From NCBI GenBank assembly GCA_951406725.2, contig OX597823.1:106640001-106704000 (forward strand): DNA of 64,000 nucleotides, in the 5' to 3' direction. Source of the DNA: Octopus vulgaris. Lineage: Eukaryota. The position numbers were made by a program, and so were the translations under genes. Positions 57,732-64,000 of this stretch are shown in pieces. Below the pieces are notes generated by a model. The model was not told where the DNA came from, ran no database searches, and worked only from the letters and a program-made list of their open reading frames with translations. Numbering within the stretch: position 1 is the stretch's first letter; every line of letters starts with the position of its first letter.

Positions 57732-58276
57732 ATAAACAATCGTTGTCCCCGTTGGTAAACCTTTGACTTCGATGCTAATACATGTATTTATGTATATGTA
57801 TATGTACAGGGTGCGATAGGTAAATTGTATATGTGTGTGTATTCAAATATGCATCTAGGTATATAAGTATGTATGCATGTATGTATATACGCGCACATGT
57901 ATGTAGGCATGGATTTCACTGAATGTGTGAAGTTATATTCTTTTACCTATTGCATGCATACATGTACTTGTCTTCATGTCTACACCTTTCTATATATACA
58001 TTTATTGCATCGTAAACTTTTGGAATATGTTGCATATTTTCTCAGTGCCATTAAAGTCTTGTATCTGCAAGTTTCTAATTAATCAAGTCCTAAGTCCTTT
58101 CTGGTTTGTGAAGTCCATCTTCTCAAACCAGTTTCCTATATAATTCAGTTGCCCTAATAGTAACAGATAAGGTATATGTATACTATATACTAAACGATTC
58201 TGTCACCTTGACACCTTAAATTATACTTTAATATCGCCTATTGGTACCAAATCAACGACAAATGCAAAGGGCAAAT

Positions 58277-59017
58277 AACCCTGCATCTGTTTTTTACGAT
58301 AGTAAGTGTGAATAGAGGAAAATTCAACTACTATTTCTTGTAAATGAAATGGCCAACTTCAGTCTTCTTTCTCGGCTCATATTAAGCAGGAGTAAAGACA
58401 TTTATTCAAACACTGAACACATCAACTTGCTATTTATATTTTCATATTGCCTATTGGTTCCAAATCAACGATAAATGCGAGGAATTTGAAATCCAGAAAT
58501 TTTTTAAAACGGCTAATTTTTTTTATTAGAGGCTGTTTTTGTTGTTATTTAATTCCATATCCGCTCGGATATAACAAGTGTTCTAGTTATGACCATCTTG
58601 TCTTGTTTCATGTCTAGCAGCAACTAACCCTGCATCTGTTTTTACGATAGTAGGTCTGAATAGAGGAAGGCGGCGAGCTGGCAGAAACGTTAGCACGCCG
58701 GGCGAAATGCTTAGCGGTAGTTCGTCTACCGCTACGTTCTGAGTTCAAATTCCGCCGAGGTCGACTTTGCCTTTCATCCTTTCGGGGTCGATTAAATAAG
58801 TACCAGTTACGCACTGGGGTCGATGTAATCAACTTAATCCGTTTGTCCTCTCTGTGTTTAGCCCCTTGTGGGTAGTAAAGAAATAGGTGTGAATAGAGGA
58901 AAATTTAACAACTATTTCTTGTAGATGAAATGGCCAACATAAGTCTTCCTTCTTGGCTCATATTAAGCAGAAATAAAGACATTTATTCAAACAATGAACA
59001 CATCAAATTGCTATTTT
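58277..59017. repeat. Local direct duplication (58277-58436 vs 58626-59017, second copy SINE-interrupted)
   Basis: taaccctgcatctgttttt...gaaatggccaac...aaagacatttattcaaaca present twice. Confidence 0.88.
58669..58883 (+). mobile_element. SINE family A, full-length monomer with ~18-bp TSD
   Basis: tRNA-like head, gcctttcatcctttcggggtcgat core (resembles the MetaSINE central domain), TSD taggt(c/g)tgaatagaggaa at 58651-58668 and 58884-58901. Confidence 0.93.
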
Positions 59018-59671
59018 CTATCAACTCGTTATCTTCTCTTTCATGTTTATTATGAAACAAAATTATCATATCAGTTTATAATATTTTCTATTTGATTTTA
59101 TTGTTCCTCTATCCCCCAGTGTTTTGCCTCTACAAGGGAATGATGGGTCATATTTCTTCACAACCCTACAACAACTAAATATCGAACATGTCCTCAACAA
59201 TAGATCACATTTTCATGCTTCACTGCACACTTTCATTCTCTTTTTTTTCATTATGCTTATTCTTTATTTATATTTTTATTTTTTTCTCTCATAACCCTTT
59301 GCCCTTCTATCCAGCTGGAATTGGTCCCGGCCTTCAGGTTTTGGATTCACCGACCCCATCTAAACTTCCATAAACAACATATTTTTTATACCAGAACCCC
59401 TACCGTTATCACACCACATAACCCAACCACCGACACTGTCTTGCCTCTAACGTAAATATAACCCTCACAAATCATCCAAAATACCACCTTCATCAGTCTA
59501 AATAATGGTTCTATCATCATTATTATAACCACAACTGCCACCAGCACCACCTCCACCACTACCACTAGCCACAGCAACATCGACAACACCATGAAGTTAC
59601 TACGACGCCATCACAACTACTACTACCATAATAAATTTCGAAAACGAAATAACTCTTCCTCCACCTGCTTT

Positions 59672-59801
<130 letters not shown>

Positions 59802-59840
59802 TTCTATATAAGAATAATAATTGGAGATACAGAAGTTAAT

Positions 59841-61035
59841 ATGCTTCTTGAGGCAGAGGAAACTCGCCAATTTTGTAATAACATATGGGGGCAAGAAGTT
59901 TCTTACAACCACGGAGCTGAGTGGATTAATTCATTCCGAACTCCATCCCCTGAAGTCTCCGCAACAAGACCCTGTGCGCTTAACAACGGAAGATGCTCTT
60001 GCACTGGTATCAAAACTGCCAAGCTGGAAAACGGTAGGACCAGACGGATTTCAAAGCTACTGGCTCAGGTGGTTTAGGTCAACATACAAGCGAACAGAGT
60101 GGTACAGTTCTGGAGTGGACTGTAGAGGAAAAGACAACATAGTAGATAAAAGATCGGTCAAAGGACAATGAGGTTGGCAATTACCGACACATTGCTTGTT
60201 TTAACCTCTTATAGAAAGTGTTAACAGGCATCACCACAGGGAAAATATATACGTTCTTTGCGGAAAGCAATCTACTTTCAATAGAACAAAAGGGATGCCG
60301 AAAAGGATCCAAGAACACCAAGGACCACCTTGTGATTGACAAAGTTGTAAGGAAGAACTACAAACGGTACCAAAAATGCTTGTACATGGCCTGGATAGAT
60401 TTTAAAAAGGCTTACGACATGTTGCCGTATTCGTGTATTTTCGAAGCACTCGACATGTGTGGAAGAGCTAAGAACGTGTGTACACTGGTTAAGAACAGCA
60501 TGCTTAGTTGGAAAACACGTCTTTTCTGTAACAACCAGCACTTAGCCGAGGTAACAATCAAAAGAGGTATCTTCCAGGGAAACTCTTGTTCATTTTTGTT
60601 ATTTGTTATGGCTTTGGTCTCACTTTTTCTGGTCCTACGCAAATTCAACGCACACTATGAGCTGAGAAAGAATAGACCACATCTCAACTACCTTCTCTTC
60701 ACGGGTGATTTAAAACTGTTCGCAAAAATAGAGAGGCTGGTTGAGACTGTGCAGAAGTGCAGCAAGGATAGAGATGGAATTTGGTATCTCGAAGTGTACG
60801 GTATTCATTTTGAAACAGGGGAAAATATCAGATTGTAGGGGCATAGAATTGCCACAAGGAGGGAGAATGAAAGATCCAGTTGATGATGGGTACAAGTACC
60901 TTGGGATCATGGAGCTGGACAATATCTTGCACAATGAAATGAAAGGCAATGCTATCACTGCGTATTTCAAGCGATTCAAACTTCTCTTGAAATCAAAACT
61001 CAACTCAAGGAACCTTGTGACTGCCATTAATATAG
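59841..61035 (+). pseudogene. Reverse transcriptase of an R4/Dong-like non-LTR retrotransposon, frameshifted
   Basis: EETRQFCNNIWG..AEWI; PSWKTVGPDG; EQKGCRKGS; AWIDFKKAYD; GIFQG; LLFTGDLKLFAK; MEFGISKC; GYKYLGIMELD; KSKLNSRNLVTAIN; starts just after (TAC)n(TAA)n. Confidence 0.92.
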
Positions 61036-61194
61036 GAACTGTTTTTATGCACTTCCTCATAATATTTCATTGTAAAATATTATAAGATTTCTAAAACATC
61101 GAATGGCTGTGAGGGTTCAACTAAGCAAAATTGGAATCAAAGGGGCTGCATAAGGAAAAATGGTTGCGAAAATCTGGTGTAGACCGACCAAGAA

Positions 61195-61266
<72 letters not shown>

Positions 61267-62058
61267 GTTACGACCGCTACTACTTCTACAGCTACTATCA
61301 TTACCGCTATTTTTACACTGCAGACCATAAGAAACAAGGCGACAATCAGCTCCATCACCATACCACTGCTAACTCAAAACCACAACCATCAACATAACCA
61401 ACGACCACAACGACCACAACCATCAACATAACCAACGACCACAACCACCACTACTACCACTACCACCACCACAATCACCTCCACCGCCATCAGTAGACTA
61501 TATCGAACAGTTTGATTGTAGTTACAAACTTAGCCACAACTATCATCATTACCACACTATATAATCACCACTACCACCATAACACCTATCAGCACTACCA
61601 CTACAAGTACTACCACCAGCAGTGCTACATGTACCACTGCTACTCTATAGCAGCCCACTCAGTCCTCATCAAGAATACCATCACGTGATATATCGGCACA
61701 GCCATTTTAATTACGGACACCAGCGGGCAAAAGCACGGCCAGATGCAACAGCAGCATCATCACAACTACCAAGAGCAGTTAAACCTGAAGCATCACAGCT
61801 TTCACTGCAGCTATGGCGACCTAACCCTTACCCTCCACCACCATCATAACGGCCACAATAACCATTATCCCCCCACCCCTTAACCTTCTCACTGCTCCAC
61901 AGTCGCACACTACCACTACTTCTGCCCTTACCACAACTATTGTGATCACCACCACACAAAATCACCAGAACCATCACAATCACTATTACAACGAATATAA
62001 CCGCCGCAACCACAACTAAATCTACCATCAACTACCTACCATCACCATCACCATCATC

Positions 62059-62089
<31 letters not shown>

Positions 62090-62092
62090 CCA

Positions 62093-62126
<34 letters not shown>

Positions 62127-62684
62127 ATAAATACTATTTCCACAACCAATCTCCTCTCTCAATCACCATTACTTCCACAATCACCAAACTACTATCTAAC
62201 CACTGTCTTCTCCCTTATCACGCACACACCCTTCCTTTTCTCTTCCTTACACTCAGTTCCTCTCTCTCCATCCCTCTCTCTCTCCCTCTCTCTCCGCCCC
62301 TCTCTATATCTATCTTACTCTTTCTATGTCTTCTTCCTCTCTTTACATTAGTTATTTCTCATGGGACCTTGAAATGTCTTCCTGCCGGGTGACACATGAC
62401 AAATTTGTTATATTTTATATTCTGAAAAAAGAAAAAAAAGAATAAGAAAAACAGAAAACAAACCCTTTACCACCTCCGACTTCCATTCCTCCTCCTCCTC
62501 CTTCTCCTTCTACGCCACTCATCCTCTTCCTTCCACCATCCACACTCCACCATGTAAGTAGGGGGTTATGAATATTTCCCATTCATTATCTCTCACTCAC
62601 TATTATCATATCAATCCCTTTCTCTAAACACTTACAATGATAATAGAAAGACAAATTATAAAATATTACTTGTAAAAAAAAAAT

Positions 62685-62715
<31 letters not shown>

Positions 62716-63327
62716 TGGTCAAATAATAATTATTTTATAATGACGCTATTAGAAATTATCATTACGACAAACACTTTTCTCTTTGGCCAATCCCTGATCA
62801 ACTTCAAGTTTCACGTGAAAAGGAAAATAAGGGTAGGCGGGAAGGGTATTGTAGCCAATTTGCTGAAAGGTGGATGAAAGTGGCGAGAATGGTGCGGGTG
62901 AACAGGCCTGGTCTGAGCATACGACTGTAGTTGAAAACAAAAATGATAAAGGAAAGGAAAAAAGGCTCCAACCCCACAAGTCAGAGTACCCATGGTTTTA
63001 TGGGGTACTTCTATGAGCAACCTTCGAACGTCTCCTCGCTATTGAGAGTTACTCATTGTTGATTTAAAAAAAAATTGTTGGTCTCGTTTACACGCAAAAT
63101 CCTCTCACAACACATTCATCCTTTCGGGGTCGATAAATTAAGTACTAGTGAAACACTGGGGTCGATGTAATCGGCTAATCTCCCTCACAAAATGGCTGCC
63201 CTTGTGGTAAAATTTGAAGCCACATCCTTTCAGAGGTCTATGAAATAAGTACCAGTTGAGTACTGGTGTCGATATAATCGACTAGCCCACACCCCAAGGT
63301 TTCAGGTATTGTGCTATAGTAGAAAGG

Positions 63328-63491
<164 letters not shown>

Positions 63492-63511
63492 CATTATTAT
63501 TATTATTATTA

Positions 63512-63893
63512 TTCTATGTTTGACTTTTGCTTTACATTTTTACAAGTTGGCTCCAAGTCTCACCCAGAGACCTCAAGAGACAACAAGTTGGAAGTTCATG
63601 TTGGTGTTATGCCTAGGGTGCTATATTTGGTCAAAAGGTCCCTAAATAAAGGTTGTTTAACAACGTTGAACGAAACACCAATGTTTCCAGAGGTGAATAA
63701 TTCAAACTGCAGTGAATTCCTCCTCACAACACATGGTTATGATACTCGCGCACTACTTCTGCTCGTGATCAGAGATGCACATATCGTCGGCCACTAAGGG
63801 ACATAGTCAACTGGTTAAGGTCAAACAACTGGAAAGCAAATCTGTGGTATTAAACAGAATATTTACTGTAGTTCATCTTTTACATCAAGACAA
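63512..63893. mobile_element. (ATT)n-embedded repeat related to 54656-55200 but with a different left end
   Basis: Shared ccactaagggaca...ttaaggtcaaacaactg block; 63512-63630 differs from 54656-54865. Confidence 0.65.
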
Positions 63894-64000
63894 TTATTAT
63901 TATTATTATTATTAGTAGTAGTAGTATATGAGACCACCTTCGGTCACGACACTGACAATGGGATTGCACCTAGAAAGTTACCAGGCCATAATTCCGGGCA

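Overview
This is an AT-rich animal genomic window dominated by microsatellites, with no recognisable host protein-coding gene. Nearly all listed ORFs are translations of simple repeats. The repeat families and microsatellite density look like an Octopus/cephalopod genome (inference, not database-checked). It contains three tRNA-derived SINE families in many copies, decayed mariner and hAT elements, R4/Dong-like and CR1-like LINE fragments, and a young 5'-truncated Penelope-like element (PLE) with a C-terminal GIY-YIG endonuclease. The main signal is about 20 type-I hammerhead-ribozyme motifs from about 11 sequence families. They sit in short elements, mostly next to (TA)n tracts and often folded back as inverted repeats of their own 3' ends. 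Helix III is palindromic or near-palindromic and mostly differs between families, helix II carries up to ~90 extra nt, and core variants include a compensatory U3-A8 pair. Hammerheads in PLEs are an established phenomenon; whether these families and variants are already described cannot be judged from the sequence. Boundaries were read by eye and may be off by several bases.
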